Shown in pieces: positions 1 through 15,035 of a stretch of DNA of 64,000 nt. The notes under the pieces are model-generated. The model worked only from the letters and a program-made list of their open reading frames with translations. It did not search any database and was not told the DNA's origin. Source of the DNA: Dendrobates tinctorius. Lineage: Eukaryota. Each line of letters begins with the position of its first letter. Position 1 is the first letter of the stretch. Location: NCBI RefSeq assembly GCF_039654945.1, contig NW_027361753.1:558001-622000 (forward strand), written 5' to 3'. Position numbers and translations under genes: made by a program.

Positions 1-454
1 GTGTCTCTATGAAGACCCCTTAAGAGGAGGTGGGGGGCACCGGTGCAGCTCATCCTGTTACATTTCATGGCCCTGCTTGTTACCCCCCTCTTTATTTTTG
101 AGTCTTCTCCTCTCCTGTTCTTGGTGTGTGGGGAGGCTCTGCCGCCACCGCCAACAAAGGGTTTAAGGAGGAATTTGAAGTCGTGGATGGATTTTATGGG
201 TGTAGCTTGAGAAACTCTTACAAAGACGCCGAATTGGTGACTAACTGTGCTGTTGTGTAACTCATTCACATGGTCAGTTAAGGTCTCGTGTAAAGTTTTA
301 TTTATTTATTTTTTCTACCGTGAAATATGATTACGGTTAATCGTAACGTTATTGGAATTCATTTTTCTAAGTGCTCGATATATTTATAGTATAGAACGTT
401 TCCAATCCTGACCACCAGGGGCGCTGTTCTATTGCAGTCTTTGCACATGTTGCT

Positions 455-910
455 AAGGGGTTGTCCACTTTTTAAATTACTTATTTTTTTTTTTATTTAC
501 ATGCTTATATCTAGGGTTAAGAATAATTTTTGTAATTGGGTTTCATTAAAAATTTCCCATTTATTTTTTTCTTTTTTGTTAGATCAGCATTGAGTCCATG
601 GTGCTGTACATAAGAAAGGGTTACATACAAGATACAAATATAAAGGGGGCCATAAGTTTGCCTTCTACGACCTCTTGTGTTGCAAGGTCTGTTTCCGGCT
701 GCAGAATGAGTTAACTGAGAAACCTATCAGTGAGCTCCTTTTTCTAGTAACTCTTTTTTCTGAGCTCCTGTCATCTGAATTATGACCACATCTAAGTTGA
801 ACTGGTGAAAAAAGGATGAAAAAGGTTAATAGAACCTAATATATCGAAAATTATTTTAAGCTCGGAATACATGTATATGAAGACCCCCAAATGTGGGCAA
901 TCCTTTTTCA
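455..910. mobile_element. Degenerate T2/Kolobok-type MITE
   Basis: Starts TAAGGGGTTGTCCAC, ends GTGGGCAATCCTTTT, with diverged subterminal inverted segments. Confidence 0.4.
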
Positions 911-1589
911 GATGGCAAATATCTTCCTACATAGTGTGATATGGATTTATCTGGGTGTCTTTTAGCCCATTATGATTAGCCATAATGGTGTTTTTTTTCG
1001 TACACTACAACCCCCTCTTCAAAAAAAAAATAAAAAAAGTTGGTGTGTAACTTAAGCTTGCTCTTGTAATGAGGTTCTGATAAGTGTTGATTCATGGAAG
1101 GAAGGAGCTTGACTACGCACAAGCCATGAAAAAGCCCAGCCACCACCACATGAAACGGCATTTGTTTTGCATTAGCCCTGATTTACAAGCGGCCCTATTC
1201 TGCGTGCTCGCCTTCTGCTTTAATGTTGAACCCCAAGAGGAGGCGAATTCTGCAGGAGAGAGGAGTCGAGGGGGGATGGCGGAGCTGTCGTCTCCTCTCT
1301 TCTTTCTATTTGTTGGTCTTGATGTGACTTGTTACATTGTGCCACTAATCATGTACAATGACCTGCTGGGTGCTTTGTATGGGCTGTTTGGGTACAAGGC
1401 TTATTTACATGGAGTTTTTGCCAATAAGCGATTGCCAAGTTATGGAATTGTTCCAGTCACTTTGCTGCTTCTTCTTTCTAGATATTGTGCAGTTTTTGGT
1501 GGAACCAAATAGAAAGGAGAAATCCTTCCTATTTGTATTTCCCTGTTTCTTCCAACTCCACTTTTGGCTAAAAAAAAATTGCTATAAAA

Positions 1590-2683
1590 TCTGCACCATC
1601 CAAGGAGGTCTTCGTAGAATTGTCCCTTTCTCTCTGCATCATCCAAGGAGGTCTTCGTAGAATTGTCCCTTTCTCTCTGCACCATCCAAGGTGGTCTTCG
1701 TAGAATTGTCCCTTTCTCTCTGCACCATCCAAGGTGGTCTTCGTAGAATTGTCCCTTTCTCTCTGCACCATCCAAGGTGGTCTTCGTAGAATTGTCCCTT
1801 TCTCTCTGCACCATCCAAGGTGGTCTTCGTAGAATTGTCCCTTTCTCTCTGCACCATCCAAGGTGGTCTTCGTAGAATTGTCCCTTTCTCTCTGCACCAT
1901 CCAAGGTGGTCTTCGTAGAATTGTCCCTTTCTCTCTGCACCATCCAAGGTGGGATTCATAGAATTGCCCCTTCCTCTCTGCACCATCCAAGGAGGTCTTC
2001 GTAGAATTGTCCCTTCCTCTCTGCACCATCCAAGGTGGTCTTCGTAGAATTGTCCCTTCCTCTCTGCACCATCCAAGGAGGGATTCATAGAATTGCCCCT
2101 TCCTCTCTGCACCATCCAAGGTGGTCTTTGTAGAATTGCCCCTTCCTCTCTGCACCATCCAAGGTGGGATTCATAGAATTGCCCCTTCCTCTCTGCACCA
2201 TCCAAGGTGGTCTTCGTAGAATTGTCCCTTTCTCTCTGCACTATCCATGGTGGGGTCCATAGAGTTGCCTCTTTCTCTCTCTCTCTACCATCTAAGGTGG
2301 GATTCGTAAAATTGCCCCTTTCTCTTTCTGCACCATCAATGGTGGGATCTGTAGCGTTGCCCCTTCCTCTCTGCACCATCCATGGTGGGATCCGTAGAGT
2401 TGCCCCTTCCTCTCTCTGCACCATCCAAGGTGGGATTAGTTGAATTGCCCCTTTCTCTTTCTGCACCATCCATGGTGGGATCCGTAGTGTTGCCCCTTTC
2501 TCTTTCTGCACCATCCATGGTGGGATCCGTAGTGTTGCCCCTTTCTCTTTCTGCACCATCCAAGGTGGGATTCGTAAAATTGCCCCTTTCTCTTTCTGCA
2601 CCATCCATGGTGGGATCCGAAGCGTTGCCCCTTCCTCTCTGCACCATTCAAGGTGGGATCCGTAGAGTTGCCCCTTCCTCTCT
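1590..2683. repeat. Minisatellite, 43-bp unit (45-bp variants at the 3' end), ~25 copies
   Basis: Unit CTGCACCATCCAAGGTGGTCTTCGTAGAATTGTCCCTTTCTCT. The ORF track shows 43-aa and 15-aa periodicities. Confidence 0.95.
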
Positions 2684-4833
2684 TTTGTTGTGCAGGTTTC
2701 TGGATACAACCAATGAGACTTGCTCTCTGCTTCTTTTTTTTTTTCTTTCTCTCCCCTGCTTTTTTTTTGCCTTGGGCCTCGCTGCAGTTAGCTGGCTTAA
2801 TGAATGGGGCACAGTTCAGGGGGGTGGGATGAAGGTCGGGACTTGGGAGACTGGAGCCAGAGATTTGATTCCTTTGGCAAAGCAAGAAAAAATGTAAATG
2901 CTAAAAACCTAATCCCTGGCGGGCCTCTCACAAAAGAGCTGGTTCCTCCTGCAAAGCACAGAGGTGACCTTTAATTCACTTTTGCTGCCCTTTCATGTTG
3001 TATATAAAACTCCCCCTCCTCCTGCTGCGTTTTTTTTTTTCCTTCGTTTTTTTCCTTTAAAGAATCTCCTCTTGGCACAGAAACGACTCTTGGGGGCAAT
3101 CTTTAATGACCCCTCCTGTGGTTTGTCTCTTATCAGAGCCTTCCCTGTCGTCTTCTCGCCTTTTAATAACCTCCTCCAACAAACGCAAAGAAAAAAACCC
3201 AAAATATTCATATGGCACCAAACTGCCGAATAAGTGGCTGCATTTTGTTTTTGCCCTTTTTTATTATGTTGGCGCCTGTCATAGGGGCACTCTGCGACCT
3301 ACAGGGGTAGATTAAGGAGCTACCTCAGATTTAGGCTTTACCGACTTATTTTTTTTTTTTTTTTTGTAAAAGGGAAATTCAATTCTATTGTCATTATTGT
3401 GACCAGACTCCATTGTACATAAATAATACCGCCATACAATACTGGCCAAAGTATTTACATAATACTGCCTACTCCATATCCCTGCAGAGAATGAAGCAAA
3501 TAGTGCAGTACCATGATGAATATTGGTAGTCTACATCATCCCTTCCCCCTTACTAGCTACATAATACTGCCATACAGTGCCAAGTAATATAACCTACTCC
3601 ATACCACCGCAGAGAATCAACCTTGCGAGACTCGTCCGAGTTTCTCGAATGTGAGTATGAGCCCTAATAGTGCACTATCATGCTGAATACATGCACAATA
3701 CTTCTGTAGAGTACCTAAATAAAAGCTTTACATACTTTAAATACTTTACATGCACAATACTTCTGTAGAGTACCTAAATAAAAGCGCCATATAGTGCAAG
3801 CTAATGGCACCATACAGCACCCATACACTGCTATACAATACTAACATAACTGTGCTATATAATACTACTATAGAACACCCACCTAATGCGACCATAGAGC
3901 CATACATTGCCTATACACCCTTACAATACAACCTTAGTATGCTAGCATAATGGCGCCATACAGTTTCCAGTAATGTACCGTATAGTACCCACAAAATACT
4001 GCATTAAAGTACATATATACTAGAGCCATGATGATGTCTCGCCATATTAGAAGCCATTCCTGGACCATATGATTTTTTTGTTGTAATGTGGGAACTTTTC
4101 TTTGCACCTCAGTGACAACCTGAGGTGATGCCTCACGGAGCGAGGTGATGCCTCACGCAGCGAGGTGATAAATTCATTTCTGCTACATATGTCGGTTCTC
4201 TAAATCCAGCTTGGGGCCTATTCTCTTGCAGCGAGCACGCTGCTGCCGGTGGGTTCTGCTTCTTCCCTTCTACAAAGGTCCTGGCGTCTTTCGCCTTAAG
4301 CTTCATTATGACATGGCAAACAAGCCAGGAATGTTTGTCTGCGCCTTTGATCCTCTGGTAACTCTTCATGTCGCGGAGCAGCCGCTCACTCACCGAGGCT
4401 CCACAATGCGCTGCCTGGGCACATATCCTGTTAATAATGAACTAAAAATGTCTTTTTTTTTTTTTTTTTTTTTCCTATCGTGTCTGTGCTGAGGCCTAAA
4501 TCGAGCGGAGGTCAAACTCTGTGATGACTTACTTGTGTTTAAAGGTTGTAGGAACTAAACCTGCTTTAACATAGGGATGTTATAACAGGGCTGGTTATCA
4601 TGTGCTATGACATAGGGGTGTTCTGTGTATCTACACGTTATTACATAGGGGTGTTACAACAGAGGTGTTTGTATCCACATGTTATAACGTAGGGCTGTGC
4701 CTTGTGTTCACACGCTATCACATGGGTATGTACATTGGGTCCACATGCTATAACATGGGTATTTGTACCTACATGCGATTTTGTAGGTTTGTTCTTTCTA
4801 CCCACATAACATAAGATTATTTTTGTGTCCATG

Positions 4834-5469
4834 TGCTATAACATAGGGGAGGCCTTTGGGCCCGCATGCTATAACATAGGGGAGGACTTTGTGCCCGCAT
4901 GCTATAACACAGGGGAGGCCTTTGGGCCCGCATGCTATAACACAGGGGAGGCCTTTGGGCCCGCATGCTATAACATAGGGGAGGCATTTGGGCCCGCATG
5001 CTATAACATAGGGGAGGCCTTTGGGCCCGCATGCTATAACATAGGGGAGGCCTTTGGGCCCGCATGCTATAACATAGGGGAGGCCTTTGGGCCCGCATGC
5101 TATAACATAGGGGAGGCCTTTGGGCCCGCATGCTATAACATAGGGGAGGCCTTTGGGCCCGCATGCTATAACATAGGGGAGGCCTTTGGGCCCGCATGCT
5201 ATAACATAGGGGAGGCCTTTGGGCCCGCATGCTATAACATAGGGGAGGCCTTTGGGCCCGCATGCTATAACATAGGGGAGGCCTTTGGGCCCGCATACTA
5301 TAACATAGGGGAGGCCTTTGGGCCCGCATGCTATAACATAGGGGAGGCCTTTGGGCCCGCATGCTATAACATAGGGGAGGCCTTTGGGCCCGCATGCTAT
5401 AACATAGGGGAGGCCTTTGGGCCCGCATGCTATAACATAGGGGAGGCCTTTGGGCCCGCATGCTATAAC
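4834..5469. repeat. Minisatellite, 33-bp unit, ~19 near-identical copies; degenerate precursors at ~4560-4830
   Basis: Unit TGCTATAACATAGGGGAGGCCTTTGGGCCCGCA; 11-aa period in the ORF track. Confidence 0.95.
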
Positions 5470-7089
5470 AGAAGGCTGACATTACTGCCACCCAACTTTT
5501 CCAGACTCTTGAACGTCATATTTTGGTTTGCTCGTCAGTAGGGCTGTATACATCACTGACACGTCTAGTTTAGCTCCGTGACGACTGGTCCACCGGCGGT
5601 CATATTGGTTGTCACCCAGCGTTTCAGAGAAAAGCTATGGTTCTATAGACTTGGTTGAAGATGGCTGTAGGACGGGGCCCCACAATGGCCGCCTTTGTAT
5701 TCTAGGGGTTGATTCTTATAGTGGATGTTCAGTTTTGGGACCGATTGTTGCATTTCTGACTCTTTGGATTTCTATACGTTTTTTTTCTATTTTATTTTTT
5801 TTTTAAAGGTGGAAAAAGGGAGAGACCAGAAACTTGAGCTTCTCCTTGTAATTTCTTTGGCAGTAGAAAAACATGTTACTGGAGGATTATGTGAACTGCG
5901 TGAGCGGAGAGCGAAACGCTGAATTGGCCGCTACAAAGTGAGGTTATCGTCAGGGGTTAATGGCAAGACGACAGAGTAAAGGCTTGGGATGAGACTAGGC
6001 CGCCTGCCAGACTGGGAGTACGGCTGTAAAGTACACACCATCTGACCGTCCCCGCTAGAGGCCAGGCCGGCGGAGAGGAGGGAGGCTGGCTCTTGGCAGG
6101 GGCCTCCTATAGCTTTTGGCCTTCTTGTGTCCGACTCTTTCCTGGCAGAGGCTTCTCCAGGCAGCTAGGGTGGGCTCTGCAAGGCTGTGGGGGCTGTTTT
6201 GAAAGCTTGTTTTATTATTTTTTTTAAATAAAAATGACGGCAACAATTTTTTTTTTTTATTTGCATTTTCTTTTTTTGTGTGTTTTTTTCACTTTTTAAG
6301 GGTTTGCCAGGTAACATGGAGTCTGTAAAACTAAAGGGTGTTTTTTAAACCTTAATTTTCAGTTAAAAAAAACTGTAATTTTTTTTTTCTTTTTAGTAGA
6401 TGGTTTTTATGCTTTTTTTTTTTTATTTTTTATTTTTTTTCTTCTTCTTTGTATGTTTTATGATTTTCTGGCCACATGGAAACTTCTTGGCTCCATTATT
6501 GCAGCCCTTTTGGATGTTGTCATTCTTAAGACTATAGGAATGTGCGGTGCCGCTCCGGGCATAGCTGTCTGGGCGGATCACTTCGGCGCTCGACGTCGCG
6601 GTGGTGCCTTTTTAATGTCCCCTCGCTTCGTGCTATCAGTCTGCTGCCTGCATTATCTGCTACGTGACTGCACAGTTTAGAAAATGAACATTTGAATTCC
6701 TACTGGTGCCTCTCTTGATGACCCGAGAATGAGCTGTCTAGGAGAGTACTGTAACAGGCCACGCCGAGGTCACTGCCAACACAACCATCTTTCTTAAGCA
6801 GGATTAAATAACTCACACAGCAGTCTGGCTGACTGCCTACTGTCACCGAGCAGCTTCCTCGCAGTTTATTTTCAGCTCCAAAGATTTGGGCTTCTTATCC
6901 GCAGCCTCAATTTAGTCGTGACACATGAATAAAACTTAAGTGAACATTCACATTGGGGCACAGACGACTTCTTCACATCGAGAGGTCCTATTTCCAGGTG
7001 GCAAACGCCCACGTGCACCCGTCTAAAAGCTCGGACATGGCGGTCCAAGAATCGGGGGCACAAACAGATTTTTAACGAGTGCCACTTTT

Positions 7090-7765
7090 TTTTTTGAGGC
7101 GTTAGGCCAACTAAACGGATTGCCCCTCTTTTGGGGTGTTAGGCCAACTAAACGGATTGCCCCTTTTTTTGAGGCGTTAGGCCAACTAAACGGATTGCCC
7201 CTTTTTTTGAGGCGTTAGGCCAACTAAACGGATTGCCCCTTTTTTTGAGGCGTTAGGCCAACTAAACGGATTGCCCCTTTTTTGAGGCGTTAGGCCATCT
7301 AAACGGATTGTCCCTTTTTTTGAGGTGTTTAGTTGGCCAAACAGATTGCCCCTTTTTTTTGAGGCGTTAGGCCAACTTAACTGATTGCCCCCTTTTTTTG
7401 AGCTGTTTTGTTGGCCAAACGGATGGCCCCTTTTTTTTTTTTTTTTGAGGTGTTTGGCCAACTAAACTGATTGCCCTTTTTCTGAGGCGTTAGGCCAACT
7501 AAACGGATTGCCCCTTTTTTTGAGGTGTTTGGCCATCTAAACTGATTTCCCCTTTTTTTTGAGGTGTTTAGTTGGCCAAACGGATTGCTCCTTTTTTTGA
7601 GGCGTTAGGCCAACTTAACTGATTGCCCCCTTTTTTTTTTTTTAGGCGTTTGGCCAACTAAACGGATTGCCCCTCTTTTGGGATGTTAGGTCAACTAAAC
7701 GGACTGCCCCTTTTTTGAGGTGTTTGGCCAACTAAACTGATTGCCCGGTTTTTGGGGTGTTGAGT
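7090..7765. repeat. Minisatellite, ~39-42-bp unit with variable poly-T, ~16 copies
   Basis: Unit (T)nGAGGCGTTAGGCCAACTAAACGGATTGCCCC. Confidence 0.92.
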
Positions 7766-10599
7766 AGCTAAATATTGGATGTTTCTTAATTTTTTTTTTT
7801 TTCTTTTATTGTATTAACGATTCCAGGATGAAGTCAAAATATTGCCAGTGACTCATTTCATGGGCCCGCAATAGTTTTCACCTTACTAGTTAACAGGAAA
7901 TATTAAGCGAGGGGAGGAAGCTGCATCATTCCTCGTGTGACATCCCTGCCAAAAACTCTTCTTAAGAAAGTGAATAAAAGCGCTTTTAAAATTCCCTTAG
8001 TGAAAGTTACTAAAAACCCCAAAAAAAAATTGCCTTGCAATTTAATCATATCACCCTCTATATCATAGCGCCACCCCCAATCCCTATTTTATTTTTGTGC
8101 CATTTTACAATTTATTTTTTTTTTCTTGTTTTTCTGGTTTCCTTCCCCAAACTTTTTCAGGCCAAGAAAGTTATTGGCTGTGATCTAATTTTGGTTTTGG
8201 CGGCTGTAGACTCACACGGGTCCCCACCCAGCATCATTATCTTGGGTTTAAGTTATAAAAATGAGAATTTTTTTTTTTTTTCCTGTAAGGTTTCAGTTGC
8301 CTTTTACCCTTTCGAACTCCTTCTGCAAACAGAAGCGTCATTTTGTAAATTCGGAGGTGATACAAGTTTTAGCCTTTCTATAGCTGCCCTGCTGTAAACT
8401 TTTCGTTGCTTTTACCCAGGGCCATTCCCTCTTTGTAACATTTCGGTCCTAGATCCCCAGATATATACTGTATATATAATGCTGTGTTTGCCCTTCAGGC
8501 TACAGAAAATCCCACCATGAAGCCCACCAGTAAGACATATGGCGGGGCTTTTCTTTTCGCTATAGAAATGTCCTTCCCCTAGTCTGGCATGCGAGCGCTC
8601 CCCTCCATCAGAGGCCTAGGTAGCACTGATGAGAGTATTGATGAGATAATAGCGTTCATCCGGGGAACACGTGCTCACGAAAGAATAGACCTCAGTAACC
8701 CAGTAACCTTACGGCAAGGAGATGATGAGGCCGGAATGTGTCACAATGGGCTCCGAGCGTCACTGCTACACTGAAAGCCATTACACGTGGCCTGCCATTT
8801 CTAAATCATTTTATCACTTTGTTCCCACTACCATTTTTCGCTGCTAAAGAGTAACCGTCGTTTTAATTTTTATACCATAAATCAATAGTACACATGAAAA
8901 TAGGAAACTTTATACTATATCTTAGAAGATTAAATCTGCTTTTTTTCCTGTTGGACTGAGTTTTGTTTTTTTTTACACTCAATTCAGAGGTAAAATCATT
9001 TGTCTTCATTGAATACAGATTTTCATATGACTGAGATAGATGACAGCTGGTGCCTATTACGTTCTATGGAGAAGAAGAGGAGGGAGGAGTTAGAGACATT
9101 TCGATGCTCAACAGCCGCAACACATGCAGGGACTCCTGTTTGTTAGGCAATCCCTTCATGTGTTTCGGCTGTCAAACAGCCACGAGACATGCAGGCGCAG
9201 GGACTCCCCAACATATTCTTAAGCATGCCAAAGACACTCTGTTAGCATGCAACCTGTCCAAGTACGTTCGCTCATCACTATTGAGATAGATAGATAGAGA
9301 GATATATATATATACATACACATATACACATTTTTTTCAGATTTTTATTTATTGTTTTGTCACGCAATGCTATTTATGCATTTTTATTTGACTTTTTTTT
9401 TACCTTTACATAACCCTCTTTTCTTTAACTCACTCTGAGATCTTTTTTTTTTTTTTTTTGGTAAAAGGAGGAAGAAAAGCTCCTTAAGGGAGTTAGAAAC
9501 TTGGGTTGTGTATATGTAAAAAAAAAATTTACAAAAAAATTACCATTTACTCTAGGAACCTATAGAGTAAAGTATAGAAACCTTTTTTTTCGTACGTCCC
9601 CCAAAACGTGTTTTTCGCTGCACTGCCTCGCATGTACCTGTAATAGGTAAATTGGATTATAAACTCTGCTGAGGCAGCAAGAATCCCGAATAAAGGACTG
9701 GTATAATAATAATAAATGAAAAAAAAAAAGTCTCATCCCAGCTGGCAGTCAGTGTTAATAAAACCTGTCTGGGTTATATTAATGTAGTAGACAGGAGGGT
9801 GCAGGAGAGCATTAAACCAGAGAGCTAGTTACATTTTAACCTCGCCGGCCGCTGACGTCTGTGGTCGTTAGACATTTGTCTGGCTTCTTGCAGTGTGATC
9901 TGGCTGTCCTGTCTCCTGGAAATTACTATTATAATCTTGGAAGGTCATACCCCGCCCCTCTACGCAGGATGCGTGTACACAAAGAGTTAACAATATGTCT
10001 ATCCGGATTGGATTTTAAAGCACAATGCATTAAAAAAAAAAATTGACAAAAATAAAAAATACTGAATAATTTGAATTTATTTATTTATTTTTTTTCCATT
10101 TTTATGTTTCTCTCTCGCGGGCGCCTATCGCAGCTGCTGTGACTGTGCGTGGATGTGAGTGTAGCATGTGCTGAGGGGACTTGATTAGATTATGAAGGCA
10201 GACATAAGTAATGATTAACTTTTAAAGTCTGCACACTGTCTCCAACCTGGCTGGTGGTAAAGCTTTTTTTTTTTTTTTTTTCCATTCCCTTCTAGCTAAG
10301 TAGTCTGTGACCGCCTGGTATTGCACTGCAAGGGATGGAAAGGGAACGGTTGTACAATAGGGGGGAGGTAAGGAGGGACTGTTTTTGTTTTTTTTGTTTT
10401 TTTTTTTTTTTTTTTTTTTTCCCCTCCTCCTCTTTCTTTATCCCATTCAGCAGTGGAATTTATTGAGTGGAATGTAATAAATGCTGCAAACTGTCTGGAA
10501 AGGAAGAGGTTAATTTTTTTCGGTTTATGTAGACTATATGGGTTGGATATTATTTATCTCGCAGCGATCACCTTGATTGTAAACCAGAGGTGCAGGTAA

Positions 10600-10977
10600 A
10601 GCCCCCTTTTACGTTTAACGATGCACCAGCGATCCCGACAGCGATATGACCTGGTCAGGATCGCTGGTACATCGCTAAATTGTCGCTAGTGAGCTGCCAA
10701 ACGGGCAGATCTCACCAGTGATGCAGCAGGGGTCGGGGGTCGCTACTTACCTGTCAGACGCGGCGATCCTGACGTCCGCCCGCGTCCACGCGTCGCTCGT
10801 CGGCGCCAGCAGGAAGCGGCCGACGAGAAATGGACGTGGACGATCTTGCGCGATCAGCGATAGCCAGCGGGGGATCCGGTCGGAGGTATCACACATGGCG
10901 ATATTGCTGCTGCGTCACAAAATCGGTGACGCTTTAGCGATATTGCTAGCGATATCGCTATGTGTAAAGCCCCCTTA
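10600..10977. mobile_element. PIF/Harbinger-type MITE fragment (CpG-rich, AGCGAT repeats)
   Basis: Right end ...GCGATATCGCTATGTGTAAAGCCCCC-TTA; internal repeated AGCGAT/ATCGCT motifs. Confidence 0.55.
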
Positions 10978-12370
10978 AGGGTCCAACTTGGGGGGGGGGG
11001 GGGGGGCACAACATGACTGGGCCCCATATTGGTAATACCGATTACAACTATGGTGGCGTGCTGATATTACCGCCATATGGTGACCAAGTAGTGGTAGATA
11101 CCAGTCCTGCAGATCATATAGGAGATTACAGCACAGTTATTGATGGTGACTTACCGCTGACATTTTTTCTTATGGAATCGTTCCGTTTTCCCATCTTTTC
11201 CATCTGGCCCAGACCGACATGACAACTTCTCCAGCCAGGGCTCATCTGGAGAGGTTACAACAAGAACACATTTGACGTCTTTCCAGCACTGTCCCCAATG
11301 GGACTATTCCCAACCTGCTGATACCCCAATACTGAGACTCTGCCGTATGTGTCCCTATCACTGCACCTGCTGTTTGGCACAATAACAGCGCTCCTCTTAC
11401 TGCCCCACATAGTACTGCCACCACTGTGCCCCTTACATAGTAATAATGCCCTGTGAAAATGCCGTAGAAATCAGTGTCCAAATTTTGCCCCTTTGACGAC
11501 AATACTGAGTGCCCCCCTATATACAGTATATTGCCACAGCTCCCCCGAGACACAGTATAACAACCCCTACAGAAGCCCTCAAACTGTCTAATGGCCCCTA
11601 CATTAGCTTCCAGGTAGTGTAATAGCCCGAAACTGTTGGACGGCCCTCACAATGACCCCTGAGCTGTATAATGGCCACTGCATTAAAGTGAACCTGTCAT
11701 TATTAAACTAAAGGCACGGCCATAATGGCGCTGGTATATTGATAGAATACATACTTTCAGTGAAGAAATCCGCAGTCTGGTTGTTATAAAGTCCTCATTA
11801 GGAGTTGTGGTCTCCGTGCATCGGGGCGGGCCTGTGAGTAGGGTCTTCAGCTCTGCTGTCTATCTCCTCTTCCTTATTTAAATTCCGCGCCGGCGCTGTC
11901 CTTCCCCGCGGCCGACGCTTGCACAGATTGATCTCTTGATGGGCTTCAATAAAATAGTGACGTTAACGTCGCGTGCGCAGATTCATCTTCGAAGTCTTTG
12001 GGGGAAATGGCAGATTGAGACCTGTGCATGGCCATACACGTAGCGGGCCCCTCTGAGCGCGTGGCCCGGGCTTGCAATAATTTTTAGAGGTTTTTCTAAA
12101 CTTTGTGTACCCTGAAATAAACTTCCTTCGTAGACCGCGCAGTTATTGGATGAGCAGATTACCCTATCGCTGCGTCCTGTTATTAAATCGGCGCCTGATA
12201 ACCCATGTAAACACATTGGGAATAGGAGGTGAACAAGTCCACGTATTTTTATGGTAATATAATATTAGAAAACATTTCACCACTTTTTTTTTTTTATTTT
12301 TTCCAGACTTTAATAAAAGACGTCTCCATGTCTTGTTAGGAGTTTCCTGCCTGACTGAGGTTATTATATA

Positions 12371-13962
<1,592 letters not shown>

Positions 13963-14619
13963 TACATATTTTTTTTTTCCCTGCAGACAATTTGTACTTT
14001 GAGGTTGTTTTATAGGCTGAAATTGTCTTCAAACATGAAACTGCGCTCGCTTGATCATATACATTTTCCTGCCTGTTCGGCTTTGAGGTTCGGCAGCGTC
14101 TCTCTTCCGTATCAAGGATTTTGACCACAGACTGAACCTTACGTTAAATAGGTTCTCGTTGGGCAAGATCCAGGTTTTCTTTAGCAGTAATATGGGGAGG
14201 ACTAAAAAGTGGGAGCCTTCTTAGTTTATCGTAGCCATCTTCCGTGCCGGGCGGCCTTCAGTCCTAATGGCGGACTCTTACCATATACATGTATTTTTGT
14301 GATGTTTTTCCTTGACATTTTGGTTGTGGTTTTCTTTTTTCTTGGTTTCTATTCTGAGGCTCCTTTTGCTTGTTTTTCCTTTGTTGATACATGGTGTGTT
14401 ACATCTATTGTGTACGACTTGGTGCTATTTTGCATAAGTCATGGCGCCTTTGTCTATGGTGTCCTGTACAATGACAGGGCTGTTTGTTATTCGGAGACTG
14501 AAGATGAGCGAGCGGCTGGAACTTGGGAAGTTTTGGAGACGTCGTTAGGCCTGATCCACTAAGTAGCATTGTCCGGTGCTTGAGATACCTCATGTAAGGT
14601 GACACAGGTACATCTGATG

Positions 14620-15035
14620 CTTAAGGGGGTTATTCCCGCCTCCATAGATAGATAGTACTTGAAAAAAAACAGCACTTTTGCAATTTATTGTTTCTTACAA
14701 TTCTCAGCCATTCTAGAGATATTCACTTTTTTGTTTAGCTTAGGAGCCCGACCACCGCTACTGACCAACAGCGGTGGCCGAGCGCATACTCAGTGCATTT
14801 ACAAGCTCTTTTCTCCTTTTTGAGCCTGGAAGCACTCCACTGAAGCTGGCCGGGATCGCTTTAGTGCAATGTTAACTCCTACTCCCGGCCAGCTTCACTA
14901 GAGTGTTTACAAACTAGACACCAATGGTGGTTGGTCTCCAAGGCAACGAACTGGGAAAAATAAGAAAAATGTTAATATCTCAAGAACGGCTGCAAATTTT
15001 AACCCAAAGTAAAGTGCCAAAGTGCACGTTTTTAC
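14620..15035. mobile_element. Degenerate T2/Kolobok-type MITE
   Basis: TTAAGGGGGTT start; inverted arms (GCACTTTTGC...CAGCCATTCTAGAGATATT / AATATCTCAAGAACGGCTG...GCCAAAGTGC). Confidence 0.5.

Noticed and set aside
1084-1512. 142-aa ORF in the intron
   Set aside because: Non-ATG start, no recognisable homology or splice structure.
1590-2683. CRISPR-like appearance of regularly spaced repeats (also 26860-28283 and 47934-53660)
   Set aside because: Units are contiguous with no unique spacers, there are no cas genes, and the context is eukaryotic. These are ordinary minisatellites.
4817-5541. Long ORFs on both strands (CYNIGEAFGPA / CYSMRAQRPPL repeats)
   Set aside because: By-product of a stop-free 33-bp unit; no splice or promoter support.
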